This document shows positions 48,909-58,378 of a DNA stretch of 64,000 nucleotides, piece by piece (the first letter of the stretch is position 1; each line of letters opens with the position of its first letter). Below the pieces are notes generated by a model. The model was not told the origin of the DNA and made no database searches. It was given only the letters and a program-made list of their open reading frames with translations. Origin of the DNA: Planctomycetota bacterium (GTDB lineage Bacteria; Planctomycetota; MHYJ01; JACQXL01; JACQZI01); the NCBI GenBank assembly GCA_016207825.1, contig JACQZI010000027.1, positions 66,929 to 130,928 on the forward strand. The letters run 5' to 3'. Made by a program: the position numbers and the translations under genes.

Positions 48909-50267
48909 TTAACGCCTGCGCCCCGGACTGGGCATAAAAGGGTTGGTTTTTGTCGTTGTTTCCGTCGTGTCTGTAATTCCGGTGACGATTTCCATCCCGT
49001 CAGAGACCTCCCCTTTTATTATTTCCGTGAAAGAGCCGTCTGAAATACCGGTTATTATGGGGATGGATTTTAGGAGCTTTTTGTCTGTCAGGACCCAGAG
49101 CTTGCTTTTTTGCATTCCTGTTTTTGACATGGAACTTCTTCTGCCAGGGCCGTGGTCGCTTGAGAAGCCCGGCCTTTCGCGCCTCATGGAAGATCTTGTC
49201 CTTGAAGAATCCGTTCCAGATATGCTTGAAGGTCCCCGTTCTCCCGGAAGGGCCGGAAATTCAGCTTCAGCGGTTTTGGAGATTGAATCCGTTTCCGCAA
49301 CAAGGCTTTCATCCGGAATAAAGCGCAGGGCGGAGTTGGGGACTTTGAATACATCCATGCGGCGTTCTACTTCAATGGTGAGGTTGGCGGTCATGCCAGG
49401 AAATAATTTTTCATCCGGGTTTTCGGCGCTGATAATAACCGTATAGGTTACCACGTTGGAAACCGATGTGGCGGAAAGCCTTACCTGGGTTACCACACCG
49501 AAAAACTCTATGTCCGGGTAAGCGTCTACGGTGAATTTTACCGGCTGCCTTTCTTTTATTTGCCCGATATCGGATTCGGGAATGTTTGCCTGTATTTGTA
49601 TTTGTTTTAAATCCGTGGCGATAATGAAAATCATCTGGGCAGACGTGCTACCTACCACCATTTGTCCTTCATCCACATTGCGTGATATGACTATCCCGTC
49701 CACCGGGGATTTTATCGTTGTATATGCCAGGTCTACTTCCGAAGATTGCAAAGCTGATCTGCTTTGGTCGACCGAAGCCAGAGAGACTTTAAGCTGTGCG
49801 GAAATGGAATCGTAATTTGCAATCGCCGCGTCTAATTCAGATGTGGAAATCAAATCGCGCTCGGCGAGTTTTTTGGAGCGGGTAAGTTCGTTTTGCGCCT
49901 GCAATAAGCTGGCACGGACGCGTTCCACATCGGCTTCACTGCGGATTAAATTAGCTTTGCTTTGGGCGACCTTTGTTTCATAAACCGCCGGGTCTATCTG
50001 GGCGACGATTTGCCCTTCGGTTACCTTGGAATTATAATCGGCATATAGTTTGAGAATCGGGCCTGTTACCTGGGTGCCGACCTGGACCTGTTTTAAGGGT
50101 TTTACTTCGCCCGTAGCACCGACAGTTTGAATGACGTTCCCTTTTTCAACCGTGGCGGTTCGGAAGCTTGTCGAGCCGGCGTCTTTTCTGAAGAGTTTCA
50201 ATCCTGCCCAGCTCAAGAAGGCGATTACAACGATGATAATAAGAAGCTTAAGTTTTTTCATGATCAT
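48909..50267 (-). CDS. efflux periplasmic adaptor subunit (HlyD/MacA family)
   Basis: Signal anchor, coiled-coil hairpin, beta-barrel, and a C-terminal extension. Confidence 0.8.
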   Translation of the reverse strand: MIMKKLKLLIIIVVIAFLSWAGLKLFRKDAGSTSFRTATVEKGNVIQTVGATGEVKPLKQVQVGTQVTGPILKLYADYNSKVTEGQIVAQIDPAVYETKVAQSKANLIRSEADVERVRASLLQAQNELTRSKKLAERDLISTSELDAAIANYDSISAQLKVSLASVDQSRSALQSSEVDLAYTTIKSPVDGIVISRNVDEGQMVVGSTSAQMIFIIATDLKQIQIQANIPESDIGQIKERQPVKFTVDAYPDIEFFGVVTQVRLSATSVSNVVTYTVIISAENPDEKLFPGMTANLTIEVERRMDVFKVPNSALRFIPDESLVAETDSISKTAEAEFPALPGERGPSSISGTDSSRTRSSMRRERPGFSSDHGPGRRSSMSKTGMQKSKLWVLTDKKLLKSIPIITGISDGSFTEIIKGEVSDGMEIVTGITDTTETTTKTNPFMPSPGRRR

Positions 50268-51649
50268 TTTTCTCCTATGGTGCTTTTGATAAGTGCGATG
50301 GCTGTCTGGTAATCGAACTGGGCCTGGATTTTATCTACCTGTGCTTTGGTTAAAGAAACCTGGGCATCGGTTACTTCCACGGCGGACGCCTTGCCGATTT
50401 TGTAACGTTCGGTAATCAAGTTCAGTGTTTCCGCCGCCTGCTTGACCGTTAAATCCGCCAGGGTCAGGCGTTCTTGGGCGGATTCCAGTTGTGCTACCGC
50501 GCGGGTCAGGTCAAGGTAAATTTTCTGTTCCAAAGAAGCCTTTGCCGCCCTGGTGGATCTCAGATTTGCCACAGCCTGGTCGATTTGGCTGGTATTCTGG
50601 AATCCATTGAAGAGATTTAAACCCAAAGAGCTGCTTAATGACCAGTTCCAGACCAGGGGGAATTCGCTGCCGCTCCACCGGTAACTGCCGCTTAAGGAAA
50701 GCGAAGGAAATAGATTGGCGATTGCCTTGTCAACCGATGCCGAGGCCGCGCGCTCGCGGGATTGCTGGGCCAGAAATTCAGGCTGTTGTTCCTTGGCGGT
50801 TTTAAGAAGGCTCTCGAAAGAATAATCTTTCATCTCCGCTGGTTTTGATTCCTCAATCGTATATTCCGGGTCTTCGGCCAGGCCGAGCGTGTTATTAAGA
50901 ACCGCCCGAGCTGTGCGCAAGTCATTGCGGCTGTTGACCAGGCTGATGCGCGCGTTGCTTAAATCCACTTCTGCCTTGGTGATATCGTATTTAATCTTTC
51001 CGCCGACCTCTACCTGGATTTTAGTTTGTTCCAGGTGTATTTCATACTGTTTTACGGTTTCCTCGGCCACTTTAAGCAATGCCTGTTGTTTTGATAAATC
51101 GTAATACGCCTGCTTGACGTTATAGGCAAGAGAATTTTCCGCTGCTTTCAATGATGATTCCGCGGTAAGCTTGTTTTCATAAGCCTGGCGGATATTGGCG
51201 GGTGTTTCGCCGAAATCATAAATCAACTGGCTCAAAGAAACGCCGGTTGAATAAGAAGAGTCCCCTAATGTATTATCAGCCGTCTTGGTTGATGTGTTTG
51301 AAGTGGATTTAGAAACGCTGGCGTTTGCGCTGACCGTGGGAAGGTATCCGGCAATCGCGTCACCGTATTGTTTTTCCGAACTTATAAGGGATTGCCTTGA
51401 CTGGACCATGGAAGGATGGTATTGCAGGGCGATTTCCAGCGATTTATCCAAAGTCAATACGGAATCCTTGGTTAATCCTATTTCCGAAGCCGTAACGGTC
51501 CGTTCTCCCGCAGGTATATTATCCGTATCCTGCGCCTTGCGCGCCTCGCGGACGGATGAGCACCCTGTTACCAGCCAAGCAGCCGCCAATACAAAAATTA
51601 AAAGTTGTCTAAGGCTCATAATTTTTTTCTCTCTCTTTCTAATAAGCAC
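50264..51649 (-). CDS. TolC-family outer membrane efflux protein
   Basis: Lipoprotein-type signal (LVTGCSS). Two-repeat OEP architecture with coiled coils. Confidence 0.8.
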   Translation of the reverse strand: MLIRKREKKIMSLRQLLIFVLAAAWLVTGCSSVREARKAQDTDNIPAGERTVTASEIGLTKDSVLTLDKSLEIALQYHPSMVQSRQSLISSEKQYGDAIAGYLPTVSANASVSKSTSNTSTKTADNTLGDSSYSTGVSLSQLIYDFGETPANIRQAYENKLTAESSLKAAENSLAYNVKQAYYDLSKQQALLKVAEETVKQYEIHLEQTKIQVEVGGKIKYDITKAEVDLSNARISLVNSRNDLRTARAVLNNTLGLAEDPEYTIEESKPAEMKDYSFESLLKTAKEQQPEFLAQQSRERAASASVDKAIANLFPSLSLSGSYRWSGSEFPLVWNWSLSSSLGLNLFNGFQNTSQIDQAVANLRSTRAAKASLEQKIYLDLTRAVAQLESAQERLTLADLTVKQAAETLNLITERYKIGKASAVEVTDAQVSLTKAQVDKIQAQFDYQTAIALIKSTIGEK

Positions 51650-52071
51650 TATTTTTTATCTTCTTTCGGGTTGTCGAATGATTTCCTGCGCCTTTCGGCC
51701 ATTTCTTTGTCGAATTTTACAATCTGCTCGTTATTAAGAACGGCGCGTATTTCCGAATCCATTCCGTCAAAAGTAGTGCGCATGGCATTTGATAATGCGG
51801 TAAATCTTTCTTTGACGATGGTGTATATCTGTTTTGCCTGTTCCTCGGTCAAATCGTAATTTCTACGCATATGCGAAACGACTGCATTTGTCCGCTCTTC
51901 TAAATTCCCGTGTCCCGGCCTGTGATGGAAGAGAATCGTTTGGGCTAAAATGCCCCCGATAAAGATTCCGCAAACCAAAAAGCTAAGGCACAGGATAATC
52001 AAGCGCCACTTCTTGCGGTGCGGTGCAGGAGGCGGCAATGGGCTTTTTTCTGCTAACAAGTCCGTATTCAT
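51649..52071 (-). CDS. periplasmic LTxxQ-motif (CpxP/Spy/ZraP-like) protein
   Basis: TM anchor, then DLTEEQAKQI (LTxxQ motif). Start chosen at the Met that abuts the upstream gene's stop. Confidence 0.45.
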   Translation of the reverse strand: MNTDLLAEKSPLPPPAPHRKKWRLIILCLSFLVCGIFIGGILAQTILFHHRPGHGNLEERTNAVVSHMRRNYDLTEEQAKQIYTIVKERFTALSNAMRTTFDGMDSEIRAVLNNEQIVKFDKEMAERRRKSFDNPKEDKK

Positions 52072-52316
52072 AATAGCACGTTCCTTATTGATTCGAAAAA
52101 CGCGGTTAAGGGATCCTGCGGGACGAGGCATATCTGCCAAAACAGGATGAAAGAACTGACCGTTGCCAGGCTGCTTGTAATAAGGAGCCAGGAACTGACA
52201 ACAGGCTCTTCCTTCGCCAGGATGCTTTGGATGACCGATTGGGTTACATCCAAAGAAGGGGTTTGTTCTTCCCTGGCGCTTTCGGCTAATTTTTCAATGA
52301 TATCAAATTCTTTCAT
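52068..52316 (-). CDS. putative anti-sigma factor (small, membrane-anchored)
   Basis: 82 aa with a C-terminal TM. Translationally coupled to the ECF sigma gene. Confidence 0.35.
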   Translation of the reverse strand: MKEFDIIEKLAESAREEQTPSLDVTQSVIQSILAKEEPVVSSWLLITSSLATVSSFILFWQICLVPQDPLTAFFESIRNVLL

Positions 52317-52960
52317 ATAGACATCTTTTCGGTAATAAGTTTTTTAAGCTTTCCGCGCGCCCGATGCAGCCGGACTTTTGTCATAATAAGGCTCCATCCG
52401 GTAAGTTCTGCAACCTCTTTAACGGAACATTCTTCGAAATAAGTAAGCGTCAGCGCCAGTCTATCCTTGGGAGGAAGGGTATCCAGCATGGAATGAATAA
52501 TTTCCGCGGCGCGGTCAGGCTTTATTTTATCTTTACTTATTATAATTTCATCAAGCCCTTCCAGAGACCGTTGGTCTTTCAAAGTCCTGGCCGTCTTTTT
52601 CCAGTAGCGGTAGCCTGTCCTTACGGCGATTTTCATGAGCCAGGGGAGGAAAGGTGAACCTTGCTTAAAACTTCTTAAAGAGCCGTATGCTTCCACAAAG
52701 ACATCCTGGACGAGTTCTTCAAGGCGTGTCCGGTCGCGCGTAAAACGCCACATCTTTGCCGTGACCTGGTTCTGATAGCGTTTGATTAATTCCGTAAAAG
52801 CATCACGGTTTCCGTTAAGAATCTCGGTTATATCCCGGCTATCGACTTGCTCAGGCGGGTTATCCAGGGCATAATCAACGTCCGTGGCGTTTTGCAAGAA
52901 GAGCGCCAGCCTGCTGGTGATAAATACAGGCTTAGGTAGTTTTAATTCTGCAGTCAGCAT
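52313..52960 (-). CDS. ECF-type RNA polymerase sigma-70 factor
   Basis: Sigma70 region 2 (FTELIKRYQNQV...DLVQDVFVEAY) and region 4 (LPPKDRLALTLTYFEECSVKEVAELTGWSLIMTKVRLHRAR). Confidence 0.85.
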   Translation of the reverse strand: MLTAELKLPKPVFITSRLALFLQNATDVDYALDNPPEQVDSRDITEILNGNRDAFTELIKRYQNQVTAKMWRFTRDRTRLEELVQDVFVEAYGSLRSFKQGSPFLPWLMKIAVRTGYRYWKKTARTLKDQRSLEGLDEIIISKDKIKPDRAAEIIHSMLDTLPPKDRLALTLTYFEECSVKEVAELTGWSLIMTKVRLHRARGKLKKLITEKMSI

Positions 52961-53123
52961 AATTCGTCCTTCTTTATAGTATATTGGTAAGATATTTTTA
53001 AAAGGTTACATGAAAATATTATTTTAGTGCATTTTGTGGTGCGGCCTGTCTTTGGAGTCGTTCACCGCCGATTAACCTTTTCATCAGCCTGCCAATCTTA
53101 TAATAACCCCGGACGATACAAAA

Positions 53124-53153
53124 AGTTCCGGTAAAACAATAAAGACCGGAACT
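53124..53153. promoter_or_regulatory. inverted pair of ECF-type -35-like motifs (AGTTCCGGT ... ACCGGAACT; GGAACTT on each strand)
   Basis: 9-bp inverted repeat with a 12-nt spacer between the divergent ECF sigma gene and the 53253 gene. GGAACTT is the canonical ECF -35 core. Confidence 0.3.
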
Positions 53154-53252
53154 TTCACGCCATTAAAGTGTTATTAATAAAGTATAGCCTACATAATTTA
53201 TTGCATGATTTCCAGATAAAAAGATAATATAACGTCAGGAGGAGTGAAAGAT

Positions 53253-54113
53253 ATGAAAAACATATTGACTTATGCAAATTCAGCGGTGCTGGTGGTCTTG
53301 GTTGTTGGCCTGGCATGGGGGGTTATGGAGTTTTATGACTATAAAGAAGAAATAGATGCGCTCAAGCAGTCCTTGAATAAAGCGGCGCCTGTTGTTCCGG
53401 GCGGTTCCGAAGGCGCGGCTTCCGAGCTGGAGGCGCGGCTTTCTTTGCTGGAAGATTTCGTGGATAGGCTGACCGAGCAATCCGTCAGGGATAATACGGA
53501 TGATAAAGAGAAAATACAGGCCTTGCAGAACCAGATGGCGGACGACCTTTTCGGCACCATCGGGAATAATTTTAACAGGGAAGACGGCTCTGCCCCGGCC
53601 ACCATAGATGATGTGAAAAAGATTGTCCAGGAAGAGCTCCAGAAAAGCCGTTCCCAGCGCAATAATTTCAGGCCTCCGGAAAGGAAGACCGTTACCATCG
53701 ATGAGCTTGCCGAGGAACTGAAACTTACTTACGACCAGAAAATAAAGCTCCAGCAGGTGCTGTTTGCACAGGAGCAGAAATTGGTGGAAGCCGCCTTCGG
53801 GATTAAAGACCAGGTGCAGATGCAGGCTTTCAAGACAAAGTTAATCTTGAGCGCGAATGATGAGAATATCAAAAAAGAGCTTACCCAGCAGGTCAGGGAT
53901 AACCGCCGCAGTATTTTCCCCGTATTCGGCGGGACTATTACGCAGATCAGGGAAGTTGTCGGCAATGAAAAGCTTCCCGAATATTTCAATTACGAGGTGG
54001 ATACCAAAAGTGAATTTGCCCCGGCCCTGAAAATCATCCAGGATTCTTTCGGCAGTAACTTCGGCCCGCAAAGGAACCGGGGAGGCCAGAGCCAGCCTAA
54101 TCCGCAAAGATAA
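53253..54113 (+). CDS. hypothetical membrane-anchored coiled-coil protein
   Basis: AGGAGG RBS 10 nt upstream of the ATG. N-terminal TM, then a Gln/Glu-rich helical body. Confidence 0.45.
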   Translation: MKNILTYANSAVLVVLVVGLAWGVMEFYDYKEEIDALKQSLNKAAPVVPGGSEGAASELEARLSLLEDFVDRLTEQSVRDNTDDKEKIQALQNQMADDLFGTIGNNFNREDGSAPATIDDVKKIVQEELQKSRSQRNNFRPPERKTVTIDELAEELKLTYDQKIKLQQVLFAQEQKLVEAAFGIKDQVQMQAFKTKLILSANDENIKKELTQQVRDNRRSIFPVFGGTITQIREVVGNEKLPEYFNYEVDTKSEFAPALKIIQDSFGSNFGPQRNRGGQSQPNPQR

Positions 54114-54156
54114 GATTGATTGTTCATTTCGGCGGGTTGTTTGTCCGGAAAAATTC

Positions 54157-54471
54157 TTATTGTTTCTCCCGGAAAGAGTAGCCGCATTTGGTTCCGGGAA
54201 ATACGATATTACGGTCTTTGATGTCTCTTTTATCTATCGGGAAATAGCGGCACACTTTGGAGCGGGAATCATAAAGCTTGCATGCAGCCGCTTGGGTATG
54301 GTTGGTTAAAAAAGGGCATTCAAAATTTATCTTGCAGCAGGCGCCGCAGCGCTGGCATTCGCCTTCCCTTTGCGAAAGCATTTCTTGGGTCCGGCGGGGC
54401 GTCAGGTAAATTATGCACATCCGCCTGATTTTTCCCCACATAAGGACCGTATGGTTTATAATCTGTTTCAT
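54157..54471 (-). CDS. YkgJ-family (UPF0153) Cys-cluster protein
   Basis: CQRCGACC...C...C spacing typical of the putative Fe-S/zinc-binding YkgJ domain. Confidence 0.55.
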   Translation of the reverse strand: MKQIINHTVLMWGKIRRMCIIYLTPRRTQEMLSQREGECQRCGACCKINFECPFLTNHTQAAACKLYDSRSKVCRYFPIDKRDIKDRNIVFPGTKCGYSFREKQ

Positions 54472-54673
54472 CTTTCGCTTAAATAAACGGCAATCGTTTA
54501 TTACACTTTAGCTAAAAAAGGCGATTTAGTCAAGAAAGATATTAATTTAATCGGTTGTTTCGCATTAAATGAAAATAAAAATTTAGTAGGTTTTCTTGAC
54601 CTTTTTGATTACATGCTTTTATAATAGGGCTCACTGCATAGATAATATACATTAGAGAAAATAAGGAGAAATC

Positions 54674-55837
54674 GTGATGAGTAATGTAATTGCGACTAAA
54701 AGCGTTCCGGGAATGGAAATGTTTAAGGAATGGTATGAGGCGCGCCATGAATACGCCAAGGAATGGAAGAAGAACCATCCCAAGGGAAAAGTGATGGGTT
54801 ATTTCTGCACCTACGTTCCTGAGGAAATTCTTTATGCGGCTGATGTCCTGCCTGTCAGGATTTTAGGCTCGCATGAACCGCAGGATGTGACCGAGCCGCA
54901 TATCTTCGCGATGTATTGCCCTTTCTGCCGGGATTGCCTGGCCCAGGGTTTGAAGAATCGTTACGATTACCTTGACGGCATCATGATTGCCCAATCGTGC
55001 CTCCATATCCGGCAGGCGTTTACCTCGTGGCAGTTGCATATCCCGGTGCCTTACAGTTATTATCTCCCGATGCCGAATAATCTCCAGACTCCTCACGCGA
55101 CTCCTTATCTTGCCGGTGAACTGGCCGCATTCAAGAAATCCGTGGAAGAATGGACCGGCAAGAAACTTACGGACAAGGATTTGGACAAAGGCATCGAGAT
55201 AATGAACAGGAACAGGAAATTGCTTAAGCAGATTTATGAGACCAGGAAATTAGAAAATTCTCCGGTTACCGGTTTGGATGCGATGTATCTGGCGGTTTCC
55301 GCGCAGATGGTTGATAAAAACGAGCATTCCCGCGCGATGGAAACGGCATTAAAGAAATTAGCATCTGCCAAAACCGAACGCCCGACCGGGACACGGCTGA
55401 TGATTCTGGGAAGCGAAGATGACGACACGGAATTCGTCAATATGGCTGAATCCTGCGGGGCAACCTTTGTGATAGACGACCACTGCACCGGCTCGCGGTA
55501 TTTCTGGAACGAAGTCACTCCCGGCAGCGACCGTTTGGCGGCAATCGCCAAGCGCTATGTGGAACGTCCGGCATGCCCAAGCAAGGACTGGCCCCAGCGG
55601 ACCCGCCTGGCGCATATAATGAAACTGGCAAAAGACTATAGGGTGCAGGGGGTGATTGTGATACAGCAGAAATTCTGCGACCCGCACGAGCTGGATATCC
55701 CGGCGATACAAAAGATGTTTAAGCAAAGCAATATCCCCACGCTATTCCTGGAATTCGACGTAAGCGTTCCGGTGGGCCAGTTCAAGACGCGCGTAGAGGC
55801 ATTCCTGGAAATGATTCAGCAGGAAGATTTATTCTAA
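54674..55837 (+). CDS. 2-hydroxyacyl-CoA dehydratase family protein (HgdB/BcrC/BadD-like subunit)
   Basis: Conserved Cys positions (YFCTY..., CPFCRDCL) and HgdB-like length and composition. Confidence 0.6.
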   Translation: MMSNVIATKSVPGMEMFKEWYEARHEYAKEWKKNHPKGKVMGYFCTYVPEEILYAADVLPVRILGSHEPQDVTEPHIFAMYCPFCRDCLAQGLKNRYDYLDGIMIAQSCLHIRQAFTSWQLHIPVPYSYYLPMPNNLQTPHATPYLAGELAAFKKSVEEWTGKKLTDKDLDKGIEIMNRNRKLLKQIYETRKLENSPVTGLDAMYLAVSAQMVDKNEHSRAMETALKKLASAKTERPTGTRLMILGSEDDDTEFVNMAESCGATFVIDDHCTGSRYFWNEVTPGSDRLAAIAKRYVERPACPSKDWPQRTRLAHIMKLAKDYRVQGVIVIQQKFCDPHELDIPAIQKMFKQSNIPTLFLEFDVSVPVGQFKTRVEAFLEMIQQEDLF

Positions 55838-55850
55838 TAAAGCGGGAGTT

Positions 55851-56032
55851 CCCCGCCTGTGAAGGCGGGGGTGAAAGCCGTTTCCAGCAACAAAGTTGCT
55901 GGACAAGCGAAGCTTGAACCCGTAAGAACCACGCCTGTAAAGGCGTGGGAATCTATGCGCCGGAAAAGGTCTTGACAACCACTCCGTTTTACTGTGGAGC
56001 CGCAGCGACATCCCGACACAAAGTGTCGGGAT
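55851..56032 (+). other. cluster of four strong hairpins in the hgdB/sigma54-activator intergenic region
   Basis: CCCCGCC-tgtgaa-GGCGGGG, CCAGCAAC-aaag-GTTGCTGG, CCACGCC-tgtaaa-GGCGTGG, ATCCCGACAC-aaa-GTGTCGGGAT. Confidence 0.6.
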
Positions 56033-56066
56033 ATAAATACATCCATCTTGTAGTGAGAAACGAACG

Positions 56067-58079
56067 ATGCCAAAACTAAAGCCATTAGCCGACCAGCCCG
56101 ACACCCGTCCGACCGAGTCATCCGGGCGGAGGACACCCGGTCTGGCGGGTTACCCGCCTGAACGAAGCATTCGGGCAGGTCTGGAAGAAATCAAATCCGC
56201 CCATAATAAAGAAAATTGGTTTACGGTAAAACGCCTGGGCGAAAAGACAATAAAATCATTATCTTTTAACTCCCTTCCGCCTTCAGATAAATACCAGCTA
56301 TATTGCTATTTAGGCGATGCTTATCGCTTTCTTGGAGAATTTTCACGTTCACTGGATATTTATTATAAAGCATCTTTACTTGCTTCTAAACGCCTCAAAC
56401 CTCCTTATAACGCCATGATATTCAGTGTTCTGGGGCTTAATTTCCTGAATATTGGAAACATCAATCAGGCATTAAACCAATTCAAGAAAGTCGAGCAATA
56501 TTATCAGGAATGCGGCGATAAATTATACCCGATGGATACATCAAGGCGTTTCTATAATCTTTTAGGGCTTGGTTATGTATATCTCCATAAAGACGAACTG
56601 GATGAAGTGAAAGAAACCATTGAAAGAAAACTGCCCGCATACTTGTCATTATTATCTGACAAGGATATTGTTATGGAGTATTACCATCTAAAAGGAGAAT
56701 ATTTGATAGCGATAAAAAACTATAAGGATGCCCGCGTATCTTTTTGGGAATCTATTAAAATCGGCGAGCAAATCAATTTACCCGCTGGTGTTATTACCGC
56801 AAAAATACATCTCGCCATAATTGACCTTATAGAAAACCAAAAGCGCTTCGCTATTCAGAATCTGCAAACTATTCTGAAGGATGCACAACGGCTAAAACTC
56901 AATGATATTGTTTGTGAAGTCGGGCTTCTTTTAAGTAAATGTTACAGCCTTAGCGGCTTCCCTGATAAAGCAATAATAATAGAAAACCGCATTAAGCCTA
57001 TTCTGTCCAAGCTTGATACGGTTTGGCTCTATGAAAAAACCCGGGAATTCGATAGGCTCTATCAACAATTACAGGGTAAACCCAAACATATATCCAAATT
57101 TATCCCGAAGATACTGGTTCAAACCCTTGATGGCCGTTATGAAAAGTCGGCTGATAAGTATACCATTGTTGGTAATCATCCCGCAATGCAAGAAATTTAT
57201 CATCTTATAGAAAAGATTGCTCCGACAGACTTACCGGTGTTGATTCAAGGCGAAACCGGCACGGGAAAGGAACTTATTGCCAGTGCCATACATAATAATA
57301 GCCGGCGTGTAAGCAAAACCTATTTCCCCTTTAACTGCGGGGCGCTTCCGGAAACGCTTATTGAAAGCAGTTTATTCGGCCATACCAAAGGCGCTTTCAC
57401 CGGTGCAATCGAAGAGAAAAAAGGTTATATTGAGCTCGCTTCAGGCGGCACGCTATTTATAGATGAAATCGCCAATATGTCTCCGTCTATGCAGCAGAAG
57501 TTACTACGAGTTCTTGAAGAAAAACTTCTCTGGCGTGTTGGTGCCTCAAAACCAATTCAGATAGATACCCGCTTTATCTTTGCCAGCAATCAGGATATTG
57601 AACAACTGGTTAAGCGAAAACTCTTCAGGGAAGACCTGTTTTACCGCATCAATACGATAGTGATAAATCTTCCTCCCCTCCGCGACCGAAAGGATGACAT
57701 TCCGTTATTGGCCCAGCATTTTCTACGAAAATATGGTCGTCCCTCGTCTCTCGTCTCTCCTTCCGCCCTTTCCCTTTTTACCGCCTACCCCTGGCCCGGC
57801 AATATCCGTGAACTGGAAAACGAAATAAAACGCATCTGCGCCTTATATCCCGATGTCAAAGTTATAGAAGAATCAATGTTATCTGATACCATCCGTAATT
57901 ACCAACCACCTGCCCATCCGCCGAAAAGCAAATCCCTTAAAGAGTCAACTCTATCATATCAACGAAAATTTATTAAAGATGTTTTAGACAGTTGTAATGG
58001 AAATATCACCCAGGCGGCCCATTTATTAGCATGCGCCCCGGCTAATCTCTGCCGGAAAATGAAGTCGTTAAAACTTTAA
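56067..58079 (+). CDS. sigma-54-dependent transcriptional activator with N-terminal TPR-like sensor domain
   Basis: AAA+ sigma54-interaction domain (GETGTGKELIASAIH, GAFTGA, ESSLFGH) and a C-terminal HTH. The N-terminal ~330 aa are TPR-like. No receiver domain. Confidence 0.85.
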   Translation: MPKLKPLADQPDTRPTESSGRRTPGLAGYPPERSIRAGLEEIKSAHNKENWFTVKRLGEKTIKSLSFNSLPPSDKYQLYCYLGDAYRFLGEFSRSLDIYYKASLLASKRLKPPYNAMIFSVLGLNFLNIGNINQALNQFKKVEQYYQECGDKLYPMDTSRRFYNLLGLGYVYLHKDELDEVKETIERKLPAYLSLLSDKDIVMEYYHLKGEYLIAIKNYKDARVSFWESIKIGEQINLPAGVITAKIHLAIIDLIENQKRFAIQNLQTILKDAQRLKLNDIVCEVGLLLSKCYSLSGFPDKAIIIENRIKPILSKLDTVWLYEKTREFDRLYQQLQGKPKHISKFIPKILVQTLDGRYEKSADKYTIVGNHPAMQEIYHLIEKIAPTDLPVLIQGETGTGKELIASAIHNNSRRVSKTYFPFNCGALPETLIESSLFGHTKGAFTGAIEEKKGYIELASGGTLFIDEIANMSPSMQQKLLRVLEEKLLWRVGASKPIQIDTRFIFASNQDIEQLVKRKLFREDLFYRINTIVINLPPLRDRKDDIPLLAQHFLRKYGRPSSLVSPSALSLFTAYPWPGNIRELENEIKRICALYPDVKVIEESMLSDTIRNYQPPAHPPKSKSLKESTLSYQRKFIKDVLDSCNGNITQAAHLLACAPANLCRKMKSLKL

Positions 58080-58378
58080 TCTTTCGGAACAAAGCCGGAT
58101 TAAATCGCCTAAAAGATAACACGTAGAAGCACGCTTGTTACCAAAAAGTAACTAAATTACCGAAGGTATTATCATTTTGATAATACTTATTGCGGGGCTC
58201 ATTTTACTATCCGCGCGGTTGTTATCCTAACTCCTTGTTTATAAAGCATTAGGTAATTTGTGCGTTTCCTTTAATTTCCCTGAGACTTGGCACGATATTT
58301 GCTCTAAAATGAAGCATATATTCGCACGAACCTGAAAATAAGTCTCTGGTTGCTCCGGCGAATAGAGAGGAAAATGAC

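Noticed and set aside
47130-49815. Antisense/alternate-frame ORFs (47130-47831, 47970-48359, 48943-49446, 49531-49815) within the ABC efflux operon
   Set aside because: They sit entirely within well-supported MacB/MacA coding regions on the opposite strand and have no RBS or recognisable domains.
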